Shown: one piece after another, positions 36,979 to 45,851 of the stretch
Position numbering within the stretch: the first letter of the stretch is position 1
Layout of the letters: each line of letters starts with the position of its first letter
Source of the DNA: an uncultured Methanosarcinales archaeon
GTDB taxonomy: Archaea; Nanobdellota; Nanobdellia; Woesearchaeales; GW2011-AR9
NCBI GenBank assembly: GCA_964439765.1
Contig: CAYTOG010000002.1
Coordinates: forward strand, 1 to 50,936
Length of the DNA: 50,936 bases
Direction of reading: 5' to 3'
Position numbers and translations under genes: made by a program
The notes under the pieces: generated by a model
The model's input: only the letters and a program-made list of their open reading frames with translations
What the model was told of the DNA's origin: nothing
Databases searched by the model: none

Positions 36979-37560
36979 ATGATAAAAAAAAGAGTAAAAG
37001 AATTTGATTGTTCAGATATGTTTGTTACAAGATGGTCACCGCGAGCGCTTACCCATGAAAATGTAAACAAAGACATACTCATGAAACTTTTTGAAGCTGC
37101 ACGTTGGGCGCCAAGTTCATACAACGAACAACCATGGCGCATAATTTATGCCCTTAATGGAGAAAAAGGTTGGAGTGAAATATATGAAAGCATGGTTGAA
37201 TTTAACCAAAGCTGGACTAAAACTGCTGGAGCTCTTCTTGTTATTTGTTCCACTAAAACATTTTCTAAAAACAATAAAGAAAATAGACACAATGGTTTTG
37301 ATGCTGGTAGTGCGTGGATGAGTATTGCACTTGAAGCTCAAAAATTAGGATTGTATGCCCATGGAATGGCGGGTTTTGATACTGAAAAAATACGAAAGAG
37401 TTTTTCCATTCCAAATGATGTTGAAATTTATGCTCTTGTTGCTATTGGTGGGCTTGGAAAGAAAGAAGATCTTCCTTCTGAAATGCAAGAACAAGAGATA
37501 TTATCTTCACGGAAAAAAGTCGAAGATTTTGCATTTGAAGGAGAGTTTAAGGTACAATAA
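36979..37560 (+). CDS. nitroreductase family protein
   Basis: RWAPSSYNEQPWR segment and typical length. Confidence 0.75.
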   Translation: MIKKRVKEFDCSDMFVTRWSPRALTHENVNKDILMKLFEAARWAPSSYNEQPWRIIYALNGEKGWSEIYESMVEFNQSWTKTAGALLVICSTKTFSKNNKENRHNGFDAGSAWMSIALEAQKLGLYAHGMAGFDTEKIRKSFSIPNDVEIYALVAIGGLGKKEDLPSEMQEQEILSSRKKVEDFAFEGEFKVQ

Positions 37561-37590
37561 ACAGAATTATATTCTTGGAGGAAAAATAAA

Positions 37591-38202
37591 ATGAAAGATT
37601 GTTGTAATATGGAAGAAAGTGAAAATTGGCAAGTCTCACTTGCAAAAATTGGGTGTCCTGCACCAGAATTTACAGGCGATGCTCTTGTTGGCGAAGAGAT
37701 TAAAAAAATTAGTCTTAATGATTACAAAGGTAAATGGGTTGTCCTATTTTTTTACCCTGCAGATTTTACATTTGTTTGTCCAACTGAACTTGGTGATATG
37801 GCAGATCATTATGCTAAACTTCGTGAAATGAATGTTGAAGTTATTTCTATTTCAACAGATACTGCTTTTGTTCACAAAGCATGGAAAGATGCAACACCAA
37901 CTATTTCTAAAATTCAATTTCCTATGCTTGCTGACCCTACATTAAATGTTTGCAGAAGTTATGGAACACTTATTGAAGAAGAAGGCTTGTCACTTCGTGG
38001 AACATTTATTATTAATCCAGATGGAATATTAAAATCAGCAGAATTAAATGATAATTCAATTGGAAGAAATAGTTCTGAGATTATTCGAAAGATTCATGCT
38101 GCACAATATGTTGATGCTAATGGCGGAGAAGTCTGCCCCATGAACTGGACACCAGGCCAAAAAACACTAAAACCAGGATTAGATTTAGTTGGAAAATTAT
38201 AA
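37591..38202 (+). CDS. 2-Cys peroxiredoxin (AhpC/Prx1 type)
   Basis: FFYPADFTFVCPTE peroxidatic-Cys motif and a C-terminal GEVCP resolving Cys. GGAGGA lies upstream. Confidence 0.9.
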   Translation: MKDCCNMEESENWQVSLAKIGCPAPEFTGDALVGEEIKKISLNDYKGKWVVLFFYPADFTFVCPTELGDMADHYAKLREMNVEVISISTDTAFVHKAWKDATPTISKIQFPMLADPTLNVCRSYGTLIEEEGLSLRGTFIINPDGILKSAELNDNSIGRNSSEIIRKIHAAQYVDANGGEVCPMNWTPGQKTLKPGLDLVGKL

Positions 38203-38224
38203 AGAGATATTGGAGGAATTTACA

Positions 38225-38830
38225 ATGTTAAAAGAATTTATATTACCAGAATTACCATACAAGTATGATGCACTTGAACCGTTGTATGATAAAAAAACTC
38301 TTGAGATACATCATTCAAAGCACCATGCAGGATATGTTAAAGGTCTTAACAATGCTATGGCAAAGTTATCTGAAGCTAGATCTTCAGGTGACTTTAGTTT
38401 GATTAAACATTGGGAGAGAGAATTTGCATTTCATGGTGCAGGACACTTTTTGCATAGTTTGTTCTGGGAGAACATGCGCCCAAGTAGAGATGCTAATAAA
38501 GCCACAGGAGATTTGCTTCTTTCTATTGAAAACTCCTTTGGTTCATGGGGAAAATTTGTTAACCAATTTGTTTCTGCCACTTGTGCTATTGAAGGGAGTG
38601 GTTGGGGAGTACTTGCTTTGTGTCCAAAAGGTGGCCTACATGTTTTTGCTGTTGAAAATCATCAAAAATCTATGATCTCTCAATTCACAACAATTATGGT
38701 TTGTGATGTATGGGAACATGCATATTATTTGAAATACCAAAATCAAAGAAAAGAATGGGTTACAAACTTCATGAAACTTGTTAATTGGGAAAAAGTTTCA
38801 GAGAGGCACAAATCTGCTAAAAAATCTTAG
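38225..38830 (+). CDS. sod: Fe/Mn superoxide dismutase
   Basis: LPELPY..ALEP, HHSKHH and DVWEHAYYL. Start trimmed to ATG 38225, which follows GGAGGA; the ORF-track start at 38189 overlaps the prx stop. Confidence 0.9.
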   Translation: MLKEFILPELPYKYDALEPLYDKKTLEIHHSKHHAGYVKGLNNAMAKLSEARSSGDFSLIKHWEREFAFHGAGHFLHSLFWENMRPSRDANKATGDLLLSIENSFGSWGKFVNQFVSATCAIEGSGWGVLALCPKGGLHVFAVENHQKSMISQFTTIMVCDVWEHAYYLKYQNQRKEWVTNFMKLVNWEKVSERHKSAKKS

Positions 38831-38834
38831 ATAT

Positions 38835-39617
38835 TTAATTTTGTTTTTTGTTTTTTTGTTTCATTAATTTTGTTTTAATTTTCTTCAAATGATTTCTCAT
38901 CTGTCCTTTTTTTGCCTTATCTCTTACTATTTTTTTGAAGATATATGGGTTTTTTTCTACAAACTTGTAAATTGCGCGTTCCATGAAAAATACTTTTTTG
39001 TATTTAAGAGAAACATATCCTAAAAATGCAACAGCCATTGCTCCTATTAAATCAACAATTAAATCCCACATGGTATCAATTAAACCAGTTTTTTGCATTG
39101 AAAGACCAAAAATTGAATCCATTGCGAATTCAAATATCTCCCAAATAGTGCCAATTGCTATAGCGAAACTTAATGCGAAAAGAGCAATAAATATTGGTTG
39201 CATCTTTAATTGTACTTTTGGATTAGTATTGAGAATATACACTAATGTAAACCCTATTGCTCCAAGTAAAACTCCACTTAAAGCATGCAAAAATACATCC
39301 CACCACCAAAAATGTGTATAAAATGCCTTTATTTCCCCTAAGAATAATGCTCCATAAATAAAAATTACAATAAATACTTCAAACTCTATTGGAATTGTTA
39401 CTCTATAATTTCTCTGTAAAATTGCTGGGAGAAATGTTAATAATAAAATTATTATTGATGTAAATGCAGTTAAGAATTTTTGTTCAATTATTAAACTAAT
39501 TACAGCAATTAGAATAGAAACTCTAATGATATTAGAGATTGTAAAATGAGTTTTCTCTATCATTAAGTTTTGCCACTTCTTACTAACAGATATTTTTGGA
39601 AGTTTGAACCAAGACAT
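38835..39617 (-). CDS. multi-pass membrane protein
   Basis: About six hydrophobic helices with WWWD..LH..SG and WE..EF..D motifs. Trimmed to ATG 39617 to avoid overlapping the divergent neighbour. Family not confidently recognised. Confidence 0.5.
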   Translation of the reverse strand: MSWFKLPKISVSKKWQNLMIEKTHFTISNIIRVSILIAVISLIIEQKFLTAFTSIIILLLTFLPAILQRNYRVTIPIEFEVFIVIFIYGALFLGEIKAFYTHFWWWDVFLHALSGVLLGAIGFTLVYILNTNPKVQLKMQPIFIALFALSFAIAIGTIWEIFEFAMDSIFGLSMQKTGLIDTMWDLIVDLIGAMAVAFLGYVSLKYKKVFFMERAIYKFVEKNPYIFKKIVRDKAKKGQMRNHLKKIKTKLMKQKNKKQN

Positions 39618-39674
39618 TATAAAAGTAATAATAACAAAGGATATTAAAAGGTTATTTGTTTTCTTAATATTATT

Positions 39675-40295
39675 GTGGCACAGACAACATTGAATCAATC
39701 ACAACGTAAAAAATTGAGATTTGTACTCTTGTTAGTCTTTTCAGTCATTTTAGTGATTTTAAGCTTTCTTTTTTCATACAAACTAGCACTTCTGGTATAT
39801 CCATTTAATTCAGAGCAACAACTCATTGTTGATTTTCTTGCTTCTCCAGCAGAACTCTATGATGCTGTTTTTCAAGCAGGGGCCGCTCAAAATGAAATGG
39901 AACATCTGCAAGATGTTGCTTCTTTATCTTTAACTGTTAATATTCTCTTCATAATTGAGATGATCTTATTTTTGATGTTATTAGTTGTCTCATTGCGCTC
40001 AAAACTAGTGCCTCTTGTCAAAAGTTTTCGCCTTGCTGGAATTGGAGGTATAACAATCTCTGTGCTTCTTGGCCTTTCCAGTCTCTTTTTCTTTGATGAA
40101 ACCTTTGAAATCTTTCATAGAGTATTCTTTCCACAAGGAAATTATCAATTCGCATTTGATTCTTATCTAATTACAACCCTACCTGCTGAATTATTCTTTC
40201 AAATAGGTCTTATGATCTTCTCCTTTGTTTTAGTTTGTAACTTAGGGTATTTGATCATCTCATATTTGTTGAAGAGGAAGAAGAAAACTAAATAG
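39675..40295 (+). CDS. integral membrane protein, possibly DUF1461/TIGR01906-like
   Basis: GTG start. Four TM segments with EMEHLQDV and F..FH..FF motifs reminiscent of that family, recalled from memory and not searched. Confidence 0.4.
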   Translation: MAQTTLNQSQRKKLRFVLLLVFSVILVILSFLFSYKLALLVYPFNSEQQLIVDFLASPAELYDAVFQAGAAQNEMEHLQDVASLSLTVNILFIIEMILFLMLLVVSLRSKLVPLVKSFRLAGIGGITISVLLGLSSLFFFDETFEIFHRVFFPQGNYQFAFDSYLITTLPAELFFQIGLMIFSFVLVCNLGYLIISYLLKRKKKTK

Positions 40296-40466
40296 AGTGA
40301 TTCTCAACACTATTCATTCAATTGCTATAGTCAAGCAACGAAAGATTTAATAACAGAAAACCTTGAATAGAACTTCAGAGAGGTGGGACATTCTATAGAT
40401 GAGTGATCTCTAAGCATTGATGTTTTCAATGTATATATTTCAATATAAATAGGTAGGTGTTATGGA

Positions 40467-41105
40467 GTGAATCGATTCATTAAAAAACTTCTTCGATCTT
40501 TGGGATTGAAAAACTTGTTTGGGAAAAAAGAAAACATCAAACTAGGTTTATATGGTCCGCCAAACGGAGGAAAAAGTACCCTTGCAAATCGCATTAGTAA
40601 AGATTGGCTTGGTGAAGATATGTCTTCAGTTTCTCACATCGCACACGAGACTCGTGAGATTGTTATTAAAGAACAAATCAAAATTGAAAATAAAGATGGC
40701 GAAAGTGTTACTTTTAGTCTTGTTGATACTCCAGGTATAGCCACTCGTATTGATTATGAAGATTTCTTGAAAAGAGGAATCAAAAAGAAAGAAGCAAAAA
40801 GTAGAGCAAAAGAGGCAACCAAAGGAGTTATTGATTCTATCAAGTGGCTCGATGATATGGATGCTGTTGTTGTTGTGCTTGACTCTACTAAAGATCCTTA
40901 TTCACAAGTTAATATTACAATTATTGGAAATCTGCAAGCTCGAAAAATTCCTGTTTTAATTGCTGCAAACAAAATGGATCTAAAGAGAGCTAATATTGAT
41001 CTGATTGAAGCTGCATTCCCACAATATGAGGTTGTTGGAGTGTCTGCAAAATATGGTAAAAACATGAAAGATTTTTATGAAACCTTAATTGAATTTGCTA
41101 ATTAG
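40467..41105 (+). CDS. small GTP-binding protein
   Basis: G1 GPPNGGKST, G3 DTPG, G4 NKMD, G5 SAK. GTG start. Confidence 0.8.
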   Translation: MNRFIKKLLRSLGLKNLFGKKENIKLGLYGPPNGGKSTLANRISKDWLGEDMSSVSHIAHETREIVIKEQIKIENKDGESVTFSLVDTPGIATRIDYEDFLKRGIKKKEAKSRAKEATKGVIDSIKWLDDMDAVVVVLDSTKDPYSQVNITIIGNLQARKIPVLIAANKMDLKRANIDLIEAAFPQYEVVGVSAKYGKNMKDFYETLIEFAN

Positions 41106-41218
41106 AAGAATTATTGTACTCTAGCGCTATATTTAAATACTACAATACATGTATTAGAAAAAAATAGTTCCTGTTCTGTATTGTGTTAAAAATTGGTCAG
41201 GAGCTTTGAAAATTTTAG

Positions 41219-41644
41219 GTGAGGAAAAGGATGGTTACATTTCAGTTTGTCCCGTTTCATGAAGTAAGGGAATTAGATTCTTCCAAAAGAGTTCAAAAAC
41301 TCTTTAATATTGTGAAGAATCAAAAAATAGTAGTTATGGAAGGGCGACTTCGTAAAGACGAAGAAACTGCACTTATTGAACATACAATGAATCAAGTTAG
41401 TAAAGCATTTCCTGGAATTGAACTTGGAGTTATTTATCCAGATAAAAGTAAAATTTTAGGAATAGAAAAACTAAAAGAATCAATGTTGAAGTTTTTTTTA
41501 GGTGACAGACAAGGCTTCACTGTAATTGGGCCAGCCTCTATTGTAAAGAGGATTGTTAGAAACCCTGGAAAATTAGAACTATTCACAACTGACAACGGTG
41601 TTAAACGAAAAGTTAAACGCCGACGTACTAAAAAGAAAAAGTGA
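41219..41644 (+). CDS. DUF2073-like protein (archaeal GTPase-associated)
   Basis: 141 aa directly after the GTPase and before a Zn-ribbon protein, the arrangement recalled for archaeal DUF2073/DUF2072. An alternative ATG start lies at 41231. Confidence 0.5.
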   Translation: MRKRMVTFQFVPFHEVRELDSSKRVQKLFNIVKNQKIVVMEGRLRKDEETALIEHTMNQVSKAFPGIELGVIYPDKSKILGIEKLKESMLKFFLGDRQGFTVIGPASIVKRIVRNPGKLELFTTDNGVKRKVKRRRTKKKK

Positions 41645-41650
41645 TAAATA

Positions 41651-42034
41651 ATGCCACACCAATGCGTTCGATGTAGTACCTTATACCCAGATGGTGCACA
41701 AGAAATTTTGAAAGGGTGTAATTGTGGTGCTCGCTTATTTTTCTATGTTAAACAAAAACACGTTAAAGAAGGTAGTGAACTAATTAATAAATTGTCTTCT
41801 TCAGAAAAAGAACAAATTGAAGGTGACATCTTAGAGATTGCAAGAGTTCGTAATGAATCAAAAGATCCTAACGCACCAGTTATTCTAGATTTCGAATCCA
41901 TTCGTATTATGAAACCTGGGAAATATGAACTTGATCTTGTTTCTATTTTCAAAAATGACCCACTAGTCTTTAAACTCGAAGAAGGAAAATATGTTATTGA
42001 TATTATGCAAGCGTTTAATAAAAAAGATAATTGA
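41651..42034 (+). CDS. Zn-ribbon protein (DUF2072-like)
   Basis: N-terminal C..C....C.C ribbon (CVRCSTLY...CNCG), and the last gene of the GTPase trio. Confidence 0.55.
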   Translation: MPHQCVRCSTLYPDGAQEILKGCNCGARLFFYVKQKHVKEGSELINKLSSSEKEQIEGDILEIARVRNESKDPNAPVILDFESIRIMKPGKYELDLVSIFKNDPLVFKLEEGKYVIDIMQAFNKKDN

Positions 42035-42046
42035 AAGAAAAAAATT

Positions 42047-42358
42047 CTATGCAGTTTCTATTCCTGCTTTGTTTAATATTGCTTGAATTGTAGCTAAAAA
42101 TTCATTTATTGTTCCCTTGTCTCTTGGTTTTTCTAACAAAGCATCCTTTAGATGATGTAGACTTACTTCCACTGGTTGTTTTGCTAATTCAACTTGTGCT
42201 TCGTCTTCTCTTACTTCTTCGTATTTTCGTACTGCTGCAACTAATGAGCCCATTAAATCCTGAAACTTACTTGCAACTTCTTCATTTGCTGCATCTTTGA
42301 TATCTGAATTTTTATCTCGATATAATGTTGATAATTTTTCACTTGCTTTTTTTGACAT
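42047..42358 (-). CDS. hypothetical helical protein
   Basis: 103-aa ORF upstream-coupled to the ZPR1 gene (12-nt gap). No motifs. Confidence 0.35.
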   Translation of the reverse strand: MSKKASEKLSTLYRDKNSDIKDAANEEVASKFQDLMGSLVAAVRKYEEVREDEAQVELAKQPVEVSLHHLKDALLEKPRDKGTINEFLATIQAILNKAGIETA

Positions 42359-42370
42359 TTTTCCACCACC

Positions 42371-42886
42371 TTACAATTTCTTTTTCTGTGCTTTATCAGA
42401 AATGATTGCACTATTTCCACTAGGATCACTTAATGTGATTTTGAGCTTTTCTCGCCCTAAAATAACATTGTTTAGTTTTTTAATCATATTTTTTGCTTTC
42501 TTTTTTGCTGCTTTATCATCTTCTTCACTATCTGCTGCACTTTGAATTGCTTTTTTGACTCTCTCTAGCAATCCTTCAATGTTGCTGATAAACCCATTAC
42601 TTCCTGAGCCTGCTTCCATTGTAATAATTCTTGGAATTTTAATTGTTCCAGTTGAAGCTTTGATTACTTTAACAGACATATCGTCTTCAGAATCTACTTC
42701 CATGACATATTGCATGCCTGGGTGTTTCTCCTGTGCTTCTAAATCGCTTTTACGGTAGCCACAGGCCCCACAATACATTCCAAAGACAAATGTCTTACCA
42801 AAATGAGGAATATCCACTTCTTCTTCATGCAATGTTAGCTGTTTTTTGCCACACATCATACAATCTTGGCCTTTTAGTTCTGACAT
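42371..42886 (-). CDS. ZPR1-type zinc finger protein
   Basis: CMMCGKK....IPHFG......C..CGYR, followed by a beta-rich domain, as in archaeal ZPR1 homologs. Confidence 0.75.
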   Translation of the reverse strand: MSELKGQDCMMCGKKQLTLHEEEVDIPHFGKTFVFGMYCGACGYRKSDLEAQEKHPGMQYVMEVDSEDDMSVKVIKASTGTIKIPRIITMEAGSGSNGFISNIEGLLERVKKAIQSAADSEEDDKAAKKKAKNMIKKLNNVILGREKLKITLSDPSGNSAIISDKAQKKKL

Positions 42887-42971
42887 AAGTCTTCTTTAGG
42901 CAAATCTAGTTTATAAGGTTTATGGCGCCATGTGTTTATCGTCGGTATAACTCTCTTTTATTTGCAAAAGG

Positions 42972-42980
42972 TTTAAAAAA
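42972..42980 (+). promoter_or_regulatory. candidate TATA box for the tRNA gene
   Basis: TTTAAAAAA lies about 27-35 nt upstream of tRNA position 1 and is preceded by purine-rich AAAG. Called on position only. Confidence 0.3.
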
Positions 42981-43006
42981 GGAAGATTGGTTCATAGTGG
43001 TTTATG

Positions 43007-43116
43007 CGCCGGTAGTTTAATGGCTAGAATCCCGGCCTTCCATATGAAGGCTGGCAGCTTTACTGCCTTGCTTTGAAGCAAGCCGGTGATCCGGGTTCAA
43101 ATCCCGGCCGGCGCAC
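43007..43116 (+). tRNA. tRNA-Gly (anticodon UCC) with a 38-nt intron after position 37
   Basis: Hand-folded. Acceptor stem GCGCCGG/CCGGCGC plus discriminator A; D arm GTTT/GAAT; anticodon stem CCGGC/GCCGG; loop C-T-TCC-A; T arm CCGGG-TTCAAAT-CCCGG. The intron spans 43044-43081. A 4-bp helix CTTC (43038-41)/GAAG (43076-79) is flanked by 3-nt bulges carrying both splice sites (BHB-like). Confidence 0.8.
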
Positions 43117-43119
43117 TCC
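43106..43119 (+). repeat. att direct repeat, left copy (inside the tRNA 3' end)
   Basis: CGGCCGGCGCACTC, identical to 47888-47901. Confidence 0.8.
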
Positions 43120-43126
43120 CTTTCTA

Positions 43127-43160
43127 TTCCGATGCGCTACCACATGTTTAACAGAATTAT
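43127..43160. repeat. terminal inverted repeat, left
   Basis: ATTCCGATGCGCTACCACATGTTTAACAGAATTA. Its reverse complement matches 47840-47873 at 27 of 34 positions ungapped, with perfect 13-bp and 9-bp arms. Confidence 0.7.
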
Positions 43161-43196
43161 ATATACTTTTAGCCGTCTGCTATGAGGTAACGGAAA

Positions 43197-44465
43197 ATGG
43201 CAGAAGACGATATTTACAAAAGCAAAGCAAAATATGAAAGATTGATTTCTATTATGGATTCTTGGGTTCTAACGCCTGATTGTTACAAAGGCAGAGGGTA
43301 CAGAAAGTATTACATCAAGTACAAAGATAATCTCAAATATTTCTATAAGTTGCTTCCAATTTGGGAAATGAAGGATTTGAGCTACATTAGAAGGATTCGA
43401 TTGCTCAATGTAATGCTAATGATTTGCTTTGTACCTGAAAAAGACTTGAAGGATTGTAATCGTGATGATATTAACGAAATCATGGGATTTATGCATACTT
43501 GTCATAAAACAATCAAAAGTAAATCAGATTTTATTAAAAATCTCAAATGTCTATGGAGAGTATTGTTTCCAGATATTGATCAATTCGGACGAGCTGATGA
43601 AACATTGATACCTTATGTTGTAAGACATCTGTCTGGAAAAATTGATAAGAGCAAACAAAAAAGGCGTAATGAGAAATATACCATAGAAGAATTTCAAAAA
43701 ATAGTTCAATTCTTTGATAAGGATCCAAAGGTTCAAGCTTATATCACTGCCATACATGAGACATATGTAAGACCACAGGAATTATTGTACTTGAAAATTC
43801 AGGATTTGGAGTTCTATGATAATTATGGGATTGCTAATGTCTCTTCTCATGGAAAAGAAGGATGTAAACCAATTCAATTTGAAAATCTTTCATATCCTTA
43901 CTTGTGTAAATGGTATCATCAACACCCTTTGAAAAATGATCCTGAGGCATATTTATTCTTAGGAGAGAGCAATAATAATAGGTACAAGCAATTAGGAATC
44001 TCAGCTATGAACAAGAAAATCTCTCATGCCTGTAAGGTGCTTGGGATCAATAAGCGCATTACAAGTTATACTTTCAAGAGGATGGGAATTACAATTGATC
44101 GGATGAATGGTGTTTTGGATAAAATTATTATTTCAAAAGCAGGTTGGACTTCAGGGAAACAGTTGTCTACTTACGATCTTGGTTCTCGTAAAGAAGGTTT
44201 GCGGATGTCTCTGATTTCAAAAGGTTTGGTTACAGCAGAATCATTTGATGAGAAAAGATTTCAACCAAAGCAAAAGCATTGCAGTTTCTGTCAATATGTG
44301 AACGCCTACGCAGATAATCTTTGTGGTGGATGTCATCGGCCACTCAATCGTGAACATATGCAAGAGATGGAGCAGAGTCATCAGAAGCTAATGAGTAATG
44401 AGTTGTTGTCTCGGATCGATAAGTTGGAGACAGCGTTGACTGAGAAGCTGGAGGAAAGCGTGTAA
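43197..44465 (+). CDS. tyrosine recombinase / integrase with C-terminal zinc ribbon
   Basis: YVRPQELLYLKIQDL (box I Arg), GKEGCKP hairpin Lys, TFKRMG, AGW and STYDL (candidate nucleophile Tyr), then C..C...C..C. Lies 80 nt from the tRNA. Confidence 0.75.
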   Translation: MAEDDIYKSKAKYERLISIMDSWVLTPDCYKGRGYRKYYIKYKDNLKYFYKLLPIWEMKDLSYIRRIRLLNVMLMICFVPEKDLKDCNRDDINEIMGFMHTCHKTIKSKSDFIKNLKCLWRVLFPDIDQFGRADETLIPYVVRHLSGKIDKSKQKRRNEKYTIEEFQKIVQFFDKDPKVQAYITAIHETYVRPQELLYLKIQDLEFYDNYGIANVSSHGKEGCKPIQFENLSYPYLCKWYHQHPLKNDPEAYLFLGESNNNRYKQLGISAMNKKISHACKVLGINKRITSYTFKRMGITIDRMNGVLDKIIISKAGWTSGKQLSTYDLGSRKEGLRMSLISKGLVTAESFDEKRFQPKQKHCSFCQYVNAYADNLCGGCHRPLNREHMQEMEQSHQKLMSNELLSRIDKLETALTEKLEESV

Positions 44466-44533
44466 AAAATTAAAAGTAAATAAATTAAAAAAAAAATGTT
44501 GGTAAATTTCCTGCTACCAACAGATTGTTAAAA

Positions 44534-44680
44534 TTATTTTGCCAACCAAGCTAATTGTAAAATTACCCCTAAAGATAGAAGGAGTCCTGATCCAGCGATT
44601 CCTCCAAGAAAGCCCACACTTCCAAGTGCAAGTAAAATCGTTGGTGGATTTTTTGCGATAATTTTCACAGTTGTCTTCAT
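44534..44680 (-). CDS. small hydrophobic peptide (48 aa), below the ORF-track cutoff
   Basis: Hand-translated as MKTTVKIIAKNPPTILLALGSVGFLGGIAGSGLLLSLGVILQLAWLAK. Its ATG is 1 nt after the stop of the upstream 216-aa ORF. Confidence 0.35.
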   Translation of the reverse strand: MKTTVKIIAKNPPTILLALGSVGFLGGIAGSGLLLSLGVILQLAWLAK

Positions 44681-44681
44681 T

Positions 44682-45332
44682 TTATTTGACCTTAAATCTA
44701 CTAGCTTTACAATTCAAATTAATTGCTTCAATATCTTCATGGGTTTTATTTTTCCAGAAATTTTCAATTACTTGGTTTCTTTCATTCAGATAATTGTGTT
44801 GTTTATCATTCTTTTTCATCTTGATTAATTTAGCAAAAACTTTATTTGCAAGAATGAGTCTAAGTTTTTGTAAATCTTCATCAAGATAACTATCTCGTTT
44901 TTCTTTTCCATAAATAAAATTTACCGCCTCTCCTTTATGATTTGTTAATCTGAAAAATGGTACAACTCTTCCGTTACCTATTTTCTGTACAAATCCATAT
45001 GGGATTAGCCATACTTTGAACGTTCTGCCTATTTTGTTTCTCTTTAAGCCAAGTTCATTTGCAACTTTAGTTATAGTTATGTCTTTCTCTTGTTTTGACA
45101 TTTCCAATACTTTCTTGTAAACTTCTTTGATGAAATTCACATCTGCTCTAGGGTGCTCTTTCATGATTACATCTACTTTGTTCTCTATCATAGTATTCTC
45201 CACAAGAAGTAGTGCCACAAAAAGAAAATCTTTTAAAGATGCTCTCTTTTTCAATGTTTGTGACGTTGCTGTAAATACTAATTTAATTAGTGTTTGCAGT
45301 GACACTTTTCTTGATTTAGTTTTAAAGATCAT
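44682..45332 (-). CDS. hypothetical protein with probable (w)HTH DNA-binding segment
   Basis: The ITITKVANELGLKRNKIGRTF segment looks like helix-turn-helix. The true start is uncertain, with internal Met residues at codons 48 and 57. Confidence 0.4.
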   Translation of the reverse strand: MIFKTKSRKVSLQTLIKLVFTATSQTLKKRASLKDFLFVALLLVENTMIENKVDVIMKEHPRADVNFIKEVYKKVLEMSKQEKDITITKVANELGLKRNKIGRTFKVWLIPYGFVQKIGNGRVVPFFRLTNHKGEAVNFIYGKEKRDSYLDEDLQKLRLILANKVFAKLIKMKKNDKQHNYLNERNQVIENFWKNKTHEDIEAINLNCKASRFKVK

Positions 45333-45533
45333 TGAGTTAATTTCATTTATAAGCTTTATTGTCGTTTCGACCTGAATAAGTGGTAAATTTTGGAGACATC
45401 GTCTAAATCAAAGAAATTTTCTGTTTTTAGACAGTCACTATCCAAAAGATACGAATGTAGAAATAACTGTAAAAACCACCAAAAGTACCTCATCCAACAA
45501 AGAAAGATAAGATAAAAGCCTATATAAAATTTG

Positions 45534-45668
45534 TTAACTATAATAAGGTAGTAAGAAACCTCTCCTCACCAACTCCGCAATACTTTTCCCTTGTCTCTTT
45601 GCTTCATAGCGTAGTCTTTGATCTTCTTCTGGCGTTACCCTAATTCCAATGAATCGTTTACGTGACAT
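45534..45668 (-). CDS. ribbon-helix-helix (CopG/MetJ-like) protein, 44 aa, below the ORF-track cutoff
   Basis: Hand-translated as MSRKRFIGIRVTPEEDQRLRYEAKRQGKSIAELVRRGFLLPYYS. Shows a beta-strand (IGIRV), helix, G-x-S/T turn, helix pattern. Confidence 0.55.
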   Translation of the reverse strand: MSRKRFIGIRVTPEEDQRLRYEAKRQGKSIAELVRRGFLLPYYS

Positions 45669-45670
45669 TA

Positions 45671-45775
45671 TCAAACCTCTTGAATCCTCTGTTCCGCTGC
45701 ATCAAGAATTGCCTTAATTTCTCTGTGCATCCAAGAGCGAATTTCTGTTATCTGTTTGTGTTTTGTCCAGTTCAT
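45671..45775 (-). CDS. 34-aa mini-ORF upstream-coupled to the RHH gene
   Basis: MNWTKHKQITEIRSWMHREIKAILDAAEQRIQEV. Its TGA is 2 nt before the RHH ATG, and an AT-rich TATA-like ATAAATATT lies about 30 nt upstream. Coding status is unproven. Confidence 0.25.
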   Translation of the reverse strand: MNWTKHKQITEIRSWMHREIKAILDAAEQRIQEV

Positions 45776-45851
45776 GATAGAATATGTATTACAAATCTAA
45801 TATTTATATCTTGTAAACCCCACAGGCTACAATGCAAAAACAGCCATTTCT

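Noticed and set aside
35380-37594. ORFs 35380..35577(-), 36894..37142(-), 37117..37341(-) and 37355..37594(+).
   Set aside because: They are antisense to, or alternate-frame overlaps of, well-supported thioredoxin and nitroreductase genes, and they carry no motifs.
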